In this document: positions 1 through 11,652 of the stretch, piece by piece | Position numbering within the stretch: position 1 is the first letter of the stretch | How the letters are laid out: the number at the start of each line of letters is the position of its first letter | DNA from: Eledone cirrhosa | Lineage: Eukaryota | DNA length: 64,000 nt | Assembly: GCA_964016885.1 (NCBI GenBank) | Contig: OZ024740.1 | Location: 341,310,001-341,374,000 of the forward strand | Reading direction: 5' to 3' | Made by a program: the position numbers and the translations under genes | The notes under the pieces: model-generated | The model's input: the letters and a program-made list of their open reading frames with translations, nothing else | What the model was told of the DNA's origin: nothing | Database searches by the model: none

Positions 1-3000
1 TGAGCGCCTGAGCGCATTCAATGTGCCAGGTGCCCATCGTTTTCGGTCATTTCTTGACCCAGGACTGCAGCTCCGTCAGTGACACGAGCTGTGGGAAAGC
101 CTGTCTCACAAACGGTGCCCACACCGGTTGGGGGTCGGTGAGGAATACCTGGAGATGTCGGTGAGGAATACCTGGTGAGGTGTTCACGGGGACAAGGCAT
201 GACAGTCAAGCGGTAGTAGATGACGGACGCTATGAAAGTGTACGCCACCTCCGCTCGACTTTTCAAGGACAGTTTGCACTCTGCCCACTTCTGGGTGAGT
301 GCAAACACTTTGGCCGTGACCTCGTTTCAGTTTTTCTCCACCTGGAGGTCTGGACCGAACCAGACCCCGAGCAATTTCACCGGTCCGTCCGTCCAGCGTC
401 CAACGACGCTGTCGGACGTCATCGGTTTGCCTCTCCATGTACCGAGTTGCAAACTGACAGACTTGTCCGGGTTTAGTTTTGCTCCCGTCAGCGTTTCGTA
501 TTCTTTCAGTAAGTTGCCGATCACCCTGATTTCCGAGGTGCTCGGCACCATTACCGTCACGTCGGCATAAGCCGACACTGCTTTGCACAGTCCCGGTTCT
601 AGAGGGATGCCCTGCAACAGCTCCAATTTCCGCAGTAGTGGCTCTAGAGTCAATACATACAGAATGGAGGAAGAGAGAGGGCACCGCTGTCTAATGGAAC
701 GCGTAATTGCGAATGGCTCCAATAGGTAGCCGTTCACTTTGACCCTCAAGCAGATGCTGGTGTGCATTGCCTCGATCCAGCCTCTGAAAACGGGACCGAA
801 ACCGGCTGCCTTCAGAACCGCTTCCAAGTATCGATGGTCGATCCTATCGAATGCCTTAGACTGATCCAAATTGATCAGAGCCCCACCGAAGCCGGGTTTA
901 CTACCCACCCTCTCTATGATGTATCGCATGAGGTGGAGGTTGTCGTGTATGGATCTGGTCGGAATTGCACACGTTTGCGCTTTCCCTACCAGGTTCTTGA
1001 CGACAAGCACCAACCTCGTCGCTAGCACTTTGGCCAAAATCTTTAACTCTGTGTTGAGCAGAGTTATGGGCCTGAAGTTGTTAATTTTGTTCCCCTTGAT
1101 CTCGTCTTTCCTGATCAGCGTTACTACGCCCTTGCCTGCAGAACTGGGAATTCTCCCGTTCTGCTGCTAATTGCAGTAGACGGCTTCGAGGACGCCAGAG
1201 AACAAGTCCGGTATGCCTATGTAAAACTCATAGGGTAGACCATCTAGACCGGGTAACTTGCGTTTCCCGCAGCAGCACAGAGTGTCCTGTATCTCAGTGT
1301 CCATGATCGGTCTTTTGCAGAACTCGGCGTCCATGTTCGAGAGACGCGGCAGGCCGTTGAGGTATGTACTAAAGTCCATTGCCTCGTTCGGCTCACCGTC
1401 ATTCTGCTCAAACAGTCATGCAAAGTGCTGCTGAAAGGCCGCGCACATTTGCTTGTGGTCAAGTAGCACGCGTCCGTTTTGGTCTTTCAAAGACCGAATC
1501 GTGGACTTGTTGCCACTTTTCGCCTCCGCCACTCGGGCCCAGCTGACAGCTTTCGCTCCTTCGTTTCCTAGAGCACGTGTTTTGCTTCTGACCACGCAGC
1601 CTTCATGTTTTGCATCGAAGAACTGGTCCAGTTCCGTTCTCAACGCTAACACTCTAGCCGCGTTGCCACTGCTAAGTGCCTCCTCTACCTTGGCTACTAG
1701 TTCTCTTTCTATTTTGTTTTTCTCTAAGGCTAACTCTCTGCTAAACCCTATCGATTCTATTCTAATTGCTTTCTTGAGAGAGTACCACCATTTATTGTTG
1801 ACGATGGCTCCCGTTAACTGTTGCTTGACTAGTCTACTTATCCGTTCACTGTAAGCTTTACGTGCCGGGAATGACACGTTCAGCTTCCAGTATCCAGGTC
1901 CTTGTCTATGTGTTCTATCATGGTTGACTCAGCAGACGACTAATTTGTGATCTGAATAGGCAACCATGTGCCTTCGTGGACAGCTTAACATTTCCTTGTC
2001 TCTTTCTCTAATGAAGAACCTATCTAAATACGATCTAGATGTCCCGCTGCGGTTTGCTCACGTCCAGTGTGGTGCAGTCGATACCTATCGGCCAGTTGGA
2101 ATTGGCCGATTAAAGTTTTGAGGCTGTTGTCACCCCCCACTCTACTGGGACATGCTCCCACATAGTCCCATCGTGCATCTAGAATACCATTCCGTCCCCC
2201 ACTAAAATTAAGGAGCGAGACGTTCCTAGTTAAAGAAGTCTGGCCATGATTGCGATTGCCCGGTTGGGGCATAAACGGCCACCAGTCTGAAGGCTCCACC
2301 TCCAATACTGTTCACATCTAGGACTACCAGTCTACCCTCCGGGTCCAAGTGTACTTGCTGTACCTCGACGTCCAGGTTCTTCCAAAACATGACAGCCACT
2401 CCCCCTCCACCTCCTGGCTGACAGAGATGCATAGATCTCAAAGTCGTCGAAGATGGGGGTTAGTTGCTGCCTGTTGTGGATCCTGGACTCGGTGATGGCT
2501 ATCACATCCATACTGTGTGACCTAAGGTTGTTTAAAAGTTGGCCCTCTTTCCAGAGCATCCCTAGGCCATGCCCATTCACGCTTCCAACTCGTAAACTAG
2601 CCAATGTTGGTGAAGAAGAGTTGGAGAAAAAGGACGAAAGGTGCACTTACCTTTTCGTTTCCTGGAGATCGGGTTGTTCAATCTCAATTTGGGTGCTGGA
2701 TGGGGTGTTGGGTGGGGTGGGGTAACATTTTAACAGGACACGGTTGATGGGTTTCTGGCAGGGGTTGCCCACGTCCTGTGAAATATTTATTTTTCAGGTC
2801 ATTATAGGTTTCCATAGAAACCCTTATAAGTTTAAGGTGTGGAGACGATTCTGCCTTGACGAAAGTTTTGCCCTCCGTCTCCACCTTGGGGTTTTGGGAG
2901 ATGACCTCCATCAAACTCTTGTTATTTGTGTTGATGTATGTGTATTGTTGTTTGTGTTTTTGTTGTGTTGTTTTAGTTTGTTGTTCATCCGGGAGTTTTC

Positions 3001-4157
3001 TTTTTATGGTGGGTGCTTGTGTTTGGGGTGGTGTTGGTGTTGGTTTTGCTGGTAGGGGGATGTTTGACTGTGGTGTTGTTTGTGTTGTTGTTTGTGTCTG
3101 TGGTTGTGTGTTGGTGTTGGTGATTGGAGTTTTGTGGGTTTTGTGGTGTCTCTTTTTTTGTTTTTTAGATTTCCGCGGCTCTCCCTCTTCTTCACTTAAA
3201 GAAGGAGAAGCAGCTTCATCCGTCGATGAATAATCATCGTCAGGAGTGTGGGGTAGGGGTATGTTGTGTGGTGGTGGTGTTTCGGTGTGTGTGTTTGTGG
3301 TAGTGTTTGATGGAGTGGGATGGGGTGGGGCTGTGTTCTTCAGGGGTGTTGTCTCTGTTTTCTCTATTGTTGTTGTTGGTTGAGTGGCTGTTTGTTTTGG
3401 TGTGGTTGCTTGCTTCGTCTGTTGTTGTACTTGTGGTGGTGGTGGTTGTGTTGGTGTTGGTAATAGTGTTTTTTTAATGATGTTGTTGTGGTGTGTTTGT
3501 GAAGCGGGCTTTTAGGTGTGCTGTGCTACCACAGTGAAAGCAATGAAATTTTCGCCCTTCTACCGAAATGTTTATTTTGTTGTTGTCGTCAATGTCTTTT
3601 TCGGGTATTTTGGAGATTCTCTCCGGCCTCATTTGCAACAGAATCTTCAAATCAGTACCCGCCCACCATTGTCGAATAGACTTTCGTATAAAAAGAATCA
3701 TATCAGTTTCCAGCTCTACGAAGCTAGCCAAGGTCCACCAGATGTTAATGTTTGGTGGTATATTTTATTTTTTTATTTTTTGTGTCCTTTTTCCCATGTA
3801 TGTAGGAAAAAAGGTGAATGCTTTTGGGCGAGTGCCTTGCTTTTAAACAGTACGGAAACACTTCCGTACTGTTTTCCTCGTTGGAGAAATTCGATATTTG
3901 CTAGAATTTCCTTCAAGGTATCTTCTATATCTCCTTGACTAACAAATATCGGCTTTCTCGTGGTATTGGATACAGTCCTAAAGGTCACTGTCCTGCGAAC
4001 TGCGTCTTCTTTTATTTCGAGGGGGTGAGTTAATTCTAAACCCACCCTTCTCTTCGAAAGTTACGAATTTTCTCCCTTGCTGGAGCATATCTCTTGCATT
4101 GGAGATGTCAAGATTTATAAAATCTTGTTTTTTGTTCACTGTTTCAGCGAAAGACAT
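1..4157 (-). mobile_element. Degenerate L1/Tx1-clade LINE (ORF1 + ORF2 EN-RT), runs off the left window edge
   Basis: Minus-strand fragments in the expected order: ORF1 with probable ATG at 4157 (MSFAETV) and zinc knuckle CFHCGSTAH; APE endonuclease (VGSVNGHGL, VIAITE, LVAVYAP, LDRI); RT (LPGLDGLPYEFY, INLDQSKAFDRI, SIRQRCPLS, AYAD). Many stops and frameshifts. Confidence 0.9.
327..2646 (-). pseudogene. L1/Tx1 ORF2 (APE endonuclease + reverse transcriptase), disrupted
   Basis: ORFs 2332-2646, 2226-2441, 2024-2305, 1416-1877, 1167-1379 and 327-1037 tile EN, linker and RT motifs. Confidence 0.9.
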
Positions 4158-5122
4158 TTTTTTTGTGTGTGGTGTTGCTGTTGTTGTTGTTGTTATCGTT
4201 GTTAGCCTCGGTTTTGGAAATCTCAGTTCCTTGACGAGGTGAAACTTTATGTGTAGATGTATCTGTGGAGTTGTTGTTGATGTTTTTTTTCATGTGTATG
4301 TATGTTAATGGGTTTAATTCCTGTTTTCATTTTTCTCCGCTTCGACGGTAGAAATTGTACAATCTTCAAGTGGCATTGTTTTTTCCACTTTGTTGACAGT
4401 CGTATCTATGGCGACGTCCATAGTAGCAGAAGCAGATATAACGTTAAAATCTGCCTCTTTCTCTCTCTCTTTTCTCTGTCGACGTTCTCCAGCGTTCTTT
4501 TCGTGTTATTCAAGTTGGCAAAATTTGATATTTTAAAACAATTTTTAAATTAAATTTTCGCCCCTAAAGGAGCGAAACATGGGATTTCCACCCAGATGAC
4601 AATTCGGCTTGGGGGTTAATCTACAAAATAATATGTTTTTTCAAACAATTTGTTCTGTTTTTCGTATATAAATTTACAAAAAATCTTACCCGCGATGTTC
4701 CACGCGTCAGGCAGATAGAGAGATATATAGATAGATATGTGGGTAGGTAGATAGATACAGAAACAGTTATACATAGAGGTACACCTCAATGTGTGTGTGT
4801 TGTAGAAGCTAAGGTTTATTTTGCTGTCATATCTAACAAGACAGGTTACCACAACGTGGACCTTTGCGCCGTGTAAGACAGATAGATAAAGGGCCAACTT
4901 CAGTCATTCTACAGATGAATACACACATACACACATTGGTGTAATGACTGCGACATTATAGTTCTCTGTCTATCTAATCTCTTTCTATAACTCTCCCACT
5001 ATCTCTCTATCTCTCCCGTTGGCGGCCCTGTTTGCTATGTTACCATGACGTCGTCGCTCTCTCTCTATATATATATATTATAACCCCCCTCTCTCTCTAT
5101 ATATATATATATATTGTAACCT

Positions 5123-5196
<74 letters not shown>

Positions 5197-5200
<4 letters not shown>

Positions 5201-5763
5201 CAGGGCGATCAAAATTGATGGTAGTTACGGAGTAGGTAGACCCAGAAAAACCTGGGACGATCTGATAAATTCCTACCTTACACACTTGCACCTCTCTAAG
5301 ACAATGTTACTGGACGGGGATCTTTGGCGCTACGCAGTAATACAGAAGACCCGCCTTGCCTATGTACAAAGCGAAACCTACAGCCAATAGGCACCTCTTA
5401 ACCAAATATACACCCCAATCCACTACCCCTACCCTATCCTCCCATTCCCACCAACACCACCCCTCTCTATAAAGTTGGTACCACAACATCCAGTCCAAAT
5501 AAATGAGATAATGAGATCGAGATCGTGTAGGTGTCACGAGAAAAAAACACAGTCCACGCTGTAATGTGGTCGTGTAGGTAGCACGGTAAAAAGTTCCCAG
5601 TTCCACACTATAAATGTGGTTGGTGTTAGGAAGGGCATCCAGCCATAGAAAACCTGCCAGATAGTCCTATATGAGCGAGACACGGTCACCCGACCAACCT
5701 TGTGGGACAACTCCCGTCTAACCCATGCTACCATGGAAAGTGGACGTTAAACGAGGATGATGA
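5197..5763 (+). mobile_element. 5'-truncated RTE LINE 3' end (diverged relative of family B)
   Basis: Encodes [19 protein letters not shown], then the 3'UTR motif GGAAGGGCATCC and a (GAT)n tail; starts inside (TA)n. Confidence 0.85.
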
Positions 5764-5928
5764 TATATATATACACAGAGGTATCCACTGTAAGTTGTGG
5801 GGTCTATTCTGTATGAACAGATCAATAACTGAATATAGATACAATGTATTATCACCATCTAGAAACGATCGTAAAGCAGTGAAGTATATCTCTAATGACT
5901 TGATTTTTTATTTCATTGTTTTAACTTA

Positions 5929-6764
5929 TAAATTATTGACGTATTGTTTTATTGATATTTTTTATCTGTTTGTCCCGAATCTTCCTTTATCGATTTTTTA
6001 TCGTATGGTTGATTGTAGACTTGTTCTATATGTGACGGTATTTTAACGATAGTTATAGCTCTGATTCATCTGAATTATTGAGCCCTCTGCCGCTCATTTC
6101 GAATCTTGTTTATCGTGAACTCGTGCGCCGATTTTTCGATACTCGATCTTTCTAATATATTTAGCTCTGGACATAGCTATCCACCAGTTAATTTTATTGC
6201 TCATTTTTTGTCGATTCTATTGAGTGATGAATAGCTTTTGTTTTATTTTAACATGTCTATTGAGCACTCTTATTCGATATGTGTATTTCCACATTCCCTC
6301 GAATTGTTTTCGCGGATATAGAGGTTATCTCCCTTGTCTAATGCCATGTGCGTTTTTCACTGGTAGTTAGCCCCTCTACCGCCATGAAAAAAGCTCGTTG
6401 AGAAAGTAAACTCCGTTCCGCTTACTCTAGTAGGCTTTTATATTTATATGTGAGCTGATAGAGTACAGTCTAAGGATTTACAGAAACCCATGAAGCTAGA
6501 TTTAACACCTGTCTAGTGGGTCCGGGTATGATTTTACATTCATTTAAATTATTGACGTATTGTTTTATTGATATTTTTTATCTGTTTGTCCCGAATCTTC
6601 CTTTATCGATTTTTTATCGTATGGTTGATTGTAGACTTGTTCTATATGTGACGGTATTTTAACGATAGTTATAGCTCTGATTCATCTGAATTATTGAGCC
6701 CTCTGCCGCTCATTTCGAATCTTGTTTATCGTGAACTCGTGCGCCGATTTTTCGATACTCGATC

Positions 6765-6776
<12 letters not shown>
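5929..6776. repeat. Partial tandem repeat, period 616 bp (232-bp direct repeats 5929-6160 and 6545-6776); Penelope pseudo-LTR-like layout
   Basis: Apparently identical 232-bp segments read directly; the second ends in (TA)n. Confidence 0.8.
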
Positions 6777-6808
<32 letters not shown>

Positions 6809-6863
6809 GTATATTTTTTAATATAAGGGATTGTTTCTTTGTTTTTATTCATTATTTTTATTA

Positions 6864-6919
<56 letters not shown>

Positions 6920-7218
6920 AAACAAAATGAAAACGAAATTTCATCTCTCACTCTTAGTATGGCACTTACTTAAATGTAAGTATGCATGTATACGTACATA
7001 CATATATGTATACAGACGTACAGTAGCATGCACATATATATATATATATATATACATATATACATACATATGCATACAGGTACACATACATATATGCACG
7101 TATCAGTTTAGCGGCGCTAACGTCGCTTTGTTCGTTTGTAAACAAACTGAACAGCCTGAATTTATGCCATACGGTGTTAAGGCAACCACGTCACCTTTTT
7201 GTTCAACACTGACACAGG

Positions 7219-7263
7219 AACGATGTACTAGTTTCAAGCTTGTTAGCTATCATCAGCACCGTT
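7219..7263 (-). ncRNA. Minimal type I hammerhead ribozyme (array unit 1)
   Basis: Minus strand: AACGGUG CUGAUGA U-AGCU-AACA-AGCU-U GAAA CUAG UA^ CAUCGUU. 7-bp stem I, canonical core, palindromic stem III ACUAGU, GUA cleavage triplet. Confidence 0.85.
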
Positions 7264-7688
7264 TACCCATCTGCCAGATAGTTGAACGTTCGAAAGTATA
7301 TACTTTCCTTATGAAAATTAACGGCTGAGCAGCCTAATTTGCATATTGAGTGAGTTAAATCGGTCAGGCATACCGAAAACGATAAATTGAAACAAAATGA
7401 AAACGAAATTTCATCTCTCACTCTTAGTATGGCACTTACTTAAATGTAAGTATGCATGTATACGTACATACATATATGTATACAGACGTACAGTAGCATG
7501 CACATATATATATATATATATATACATATATACATACATATGCATACAGGTACACATACATATATGCACGTATCAGTTTAGCGGCGCTAACGTCGCTTTG
7601 TTCGTTTGTAAACAAACTGAACAGCCTGAATTTATGCCATACGGTGTTAAGGCAACCACGTCACCTTTTTGTTCAACACTGACACAGG

Positions 7689-7733
7689 AACGATGTACTA
7701 GTTTCAAGCTTGTTAGCTATCATCAGCACCGTT
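7689..7733 (-). ncRNA. Minimal type I hammerhead ribozyme (array unit 2)
   Basis: Identical to 7219-7263. Confidence 0.85.
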
Positions 7734-8158
7734 TACCCATCTGCCAGATAGTTGAACGTTCGAAAGTATATACTTTCCTTATGAAAATTAACGGCTGAGC
7801 AGCCTAATTTGCATATTGAGTGAGTTAAATCGGTCAGGCATACCGAAAACGATAAATTGAAACAAAATGAAAACGAAATTTCATCTCTCACTCTTAGTAT
7901 GGCACTTACTTAAATGTAAGTATGCATGTATACGTACATACATATATGTATACAGACGTACAGTAGCATGCACATATATATATATATATATATACATATA
8001 TACATACATATGCATACAGGTACACATACATATATGCACGTATCAGTTTAGCGGCGCTAACGTCGCTTTGTTCGTTTGTAAACAAACTGAACAGCCTGAA
8101 TTTATGCCATACGGTGTTAAGGCAACCACGTCACCTTTTTGTTCAACACTGACACAGG

Positions 8159-8203
8159 AACGATGTACTAGTTTCAAGCTTGTTAGCTATCATCAGCACC
8201 GTT
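8159..8203 (-). ncRNA. Minimal type I hammerhead ribozyme (array unit 3)
   Basis: Identical to 7219-7263. Confidence 0.85.
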
Positions 8204-8628
8204 TACCCATCTGCCAGATAGTTGAACGTTCGAAAGTATATACTTTCCTTATGAAAATTAACGGCTGAGCAGCCTAATTTGCATATTGAGTGAGTTAAAT
8301 CGGTCAGGCATACCGAAAACGATAAATTGAAACAAAATGAAAACGAAATTTCATCTCTCACTCTTAGTATGGCACTTACTTAAATGTGAGTATGCATGTA
8401 TACGTACATACATATATGTATACAGACGTACAGTAGCATGCACATATATATATATATATATATACATATATACATACATATGCATACAGGTACACATACA
8501 TATATGCACGTATCAGTTTAGCGGCGCTAACGTCGCTTTGTTCGTTTGTAAACAAACTGAACAGCCTGAATTTATGCCATACGGTGTTAAGGCAACCACG
8601 TCACCTTTTTGTTCAACACTGACACAGG

Positions 8629-8673
8629 AACGATGTACTAGTTTCAAGCTTGTTAGCTATCATCAGCACCGTT
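8629..8673 (-). ncRNA. Minimal type I hammerhead ribozyme (array unit 4)
   Basis: Identical to 7219-7263. Confidence 0.85.
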
Positions 8674-8797
8674 TACCCATCTGCCAGATAGTTGAACGTT
8701 CGAAAGTATATACTTTCCTTATGAAAATTAACGGCTGAGCAGCCTAATTTGCATATTGAGTGAGTTAAATCGGTACATATATATATATATATATATA

Positions 8798-9296
8798 TGT
8801 ACAGCCACCGGAAATAACATCTGTGAAATATACAGCGCCATCTACCTGTTAGCTAGCTACTTCAACGTGAAACAAAAGAACCCTTAAAGCCTACCAGAAT
8901 AAACGCCTACACATCGGCTAAACATCAAACTATTGTTTCTGTATAAATAGAGTGGTTCCAAACACTTCGCCAGTCAACATTTGGCAGAGTCAACTCGCGT
9001 ATCATTGTTCCTCGCCTCTGCCAGGCTTTGTCACTCACACACGCCTTGTACCTCGTATCGTCGCTTCATGTGAAAATAAATAGCTGATCGAATTTACATC
9101 TCGCCTTGCTTCGTCCTTTCAACTTGTGCTTTCGTCTGTCCATCCTCAACAGTTCTTTTAAAGGCTATATGCGACAACAGTCCTTTTAAGGGCTATCTTC
9201 AGATCTGATCAGACCGTATGCGATAAGAGTTCTTCTAAGGGCTATTCTCGGATCTGATCAGAAGTAGTGACTAGACTGACTAACCACGTCGCTACA
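8798..9296 (+). mobile_element. 5' LTR of Gypsy/Ty3 element
   Basis: TGTA...TACA ends, TATAAA at ~8942, AATAAA at ~9076, followed after 2 nt by a primer binding site. No second LTR is present to confirm the left boundary. Confidence 0.75.
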
Positions 9297-9298
9297 AT

Positions 9299-9315
9299 TG
9301 GTGACCCGAACGTGA
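9299..9315 (+). promoter_or_regulatory. Primer binding site, tRNA-Trp-like
   Basis: TGGTGACCCGAACGTGA directly after the LTR end; close to the complement of the tRNA-Trp 3' end (TGGTGACCCCGACGTGA). Confidence 0.75.
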
Positions 9316-9355
9316 GTCGAACGCGCAACCAGACAGCACCTAAGAAAATATCAAC

Positions 9356-11533
9356 ATGGACATGTCACAAACGACAGAGGCAGAGATTTCAGAGCTGCGG
9401 GCTATGATCAGAGAGCGGGCTGGTCAAATTGAAGCCCTCTCGAATCAAGTAGAGAACTTGACCTTTCAAACACACCGGCGACGCAGCAACAGTCGATCCA
9501 GGCCTGTTCACAGTCAAAGATCCAGTAGTCCCAGTCAAAATCGTGCGCCTGGCAACCTCTGCTGGTATCACACAAATTTCGGCGCACAGGCATCTAAGTG
9601 CAAATCCCCGTGCTCTTTCCGGAATGCCACCCAGGGCCTGGCGACGACGTTCACCCCTGGTACTGAAAAGAAAAGTCGTTTATTTTTTATTAACGACCAG
9701 GCGACAGGCATCCGTTACCTCGTGGATACAGGAGCCCAAGTTAGTGTTATTCCGGTTTCACTAATCTCGGGCAAAAGACACCCAACCCCGTCCTTTCTGC
9801 AGGCAGTGAACCAATCGTCAATTCCGACTTTTGGGGAGAAGTCTCTGACCCTTAATTTAGGCCTGAGGCGGCGTTTTCAATGGGTGTTCGTCGTGGCAGA
9901 CCTGCCGACCCCTATCCTAGGAGCCGATTTTTTCCACCACTTCAACCTTCTGGTGGATATGAAGAACCGGAGGCTTATTGACACCACCACAAACCTCACT
10001 GTGAGAAGTATATTTACCATGCAATCCACAGTGAGCCCTGTAATTTGCCAGTCAGAGCCTTCGCGGTACAGCGGCATTCTCCAGAAATACCCAGACACCA
10101 CTCGCCCGGTATTTAAGGATGGTCCTATTAAGCATAGTGTCACGCACCACATCGAGACAAAGGGACCACCCACAGCTGCCCGACCAAGGAGACTGCCTCC
10201 AGACCGATTGAGAATCACCAAGCAGGAGTTCCAACACATGGTGAACCTCAGAATCATTCGCCCTTCCTCCAGCAACTGGTCTGCACCCCTACACCTTGTT
10301 CCCCCCCAAAAAACGAGAATGATTGGCGACCATGTGGGGATTATCGTGCACTTAACAATTCTACAGTGCCCGATAATTACCCTGTACCTCACCTGCAAGA
10401 TTTTTCTGCCTCTCTGCAAGGCGCACGCATCTTTTCCAAGGTAGATTTGGTGCGTGCATATAACCAGATACCTATGGAGCCTGCAGACATTCCGAAAACC
10501 GCAATCACAACACCGTTCGGTTTATTCGAATTCCTGCGAATGCCGTTCGGTCTGCGCAACGCTGCACAAACTTTTCAGCGGTTTATTGACACCGTGTTAC
10601 GTGATCTACCCTTCTTATACGCGTATATTGACGACGTACTGGTAGCAAGTACTTCCGAGCATGAACACGAGAAGCACTTAGATCTCCTTTTCCAACGTTT
10701 GGCTGAGTACGGTATCATCATCAACCCCAGCAAGTGCCTTCTCGGCGTTCCTTCACTGTCCTTTCTCCTTTCTCGGGCACATCATCGATAAAGACGACAT
10801 TCGTCCACTTCCCGAGAAAGTAGAAGCTATCCGCAGTTTTCCCGCACCTACATCACTTTGGAAACTGCGTGAATTCCTCGGTCTGGTGAATTTTTATAGG
10901 CGGTTTATCCCTCATTGTTCCGACGCAGCCAGACTCCTCACGGACCTTTTTCGTAACCGGACTCGCAAAAACGAAGAGATCACTCTAAACGAGGAAGAAT
11001 TAACATCTTTTAACCGCCTGAAGGAAATGTTGGCAAACGCTTCCATGCTCGTTTTCCCCAGGTCTGGCGCTCCTCTTTCGCTGCTAGTGGACGCATCAGA
11101 CACGGGGATTGGAGGCGTTCTACAACAACATGTCGACGGCGTGTGGCAACCCTTATCCTTCTTTTCTAAGCGGTTGCAACCGGCAGAAACGAAATACAGT
11201 ACCTTTGGCCGCGAACTCTTGGCAACCTATCTTTCGGTTAAGCATTTTCGGCAGATGCTCGAAGGATCAGATTTCGTGATCTACACGGACCATAAATCAT
11301 TAATTTATGCGTTCCGTACCAAACCTGATCGACATTCACCGAGAGAACTCCGACACCTGGATTTTGTCTCCCAATACTCAACTGATATTCGGCATATCAA
11401 GGGATCAGACAACGTAGCAGCCGACGCCCTGTCCCGAATCAGATCGCAGCTGACCAATAGACTGACGAAGAGTTTATCAAGCTCCGAGATTCGCCATTCC
11501 TCAAGTTTCAGCAAGTTCCCATTCCTTCTTCTG
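9356..11533 (+). pseudogene. Gypsy gag(partial)-protease-RT-RNase H, frameshifted, truncated before integrase
   Basis: CWYHTNFGAQASKCKSPC (Gag C-terminus), LVDTGAQVSVI (protease), [23 protein letters not shown] and YIDD (RT), VDAS...RELLA...TDH...ADALSR (RNase H); frameshifts near 10300 and 10770. Confidence 0.95.
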
Positions 11534-11558
11534 ATATATATATATAGGAACCAGTAAG

Positions 11559-11652
11559 ACCCCGACGGCTGAGCTCAAGCCGTTTCGACGGCTAATTTTG
11601 GACTAAATGAAAATTTATCCTGGTATTTAAATAGCCGAGCTTCTCAAGGGGT
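11559..11652 (-). ncRNA. Type I hammerhead ribozyme, U3-A8 core variant, in the Penelope 3' pseudo-LTR
   Basis: ACCCC UUGAGAA [G..CGGCUA...UAGCCG.C] GAA ACGGCU..AGCCGU C^ GGGGU. 5-bp stem I, extended stem II, 6-bp stem III, GUC triplet; same strand as the ORF. Confidence 0.85.

Larger units (their letters stand above)
6917..8774 (-). repeat. 470-bp tandem array (~3.95 units), one hammerhead per unit; non-LTR retrozyme-like
   Basis: Units start at 6917, 7387, 7857 and 8327; near-identical (one A>G seen in unit 4); (TA)n on both sides. Confidence 0.9.

Noticed and set aside
6927-8738. Four repeated 133-aa ORFs
   Set aside because: They run through a microsatellite, have no recognisable domain, lie antisense to the ribozyme and repeat only because the DNA repeats.
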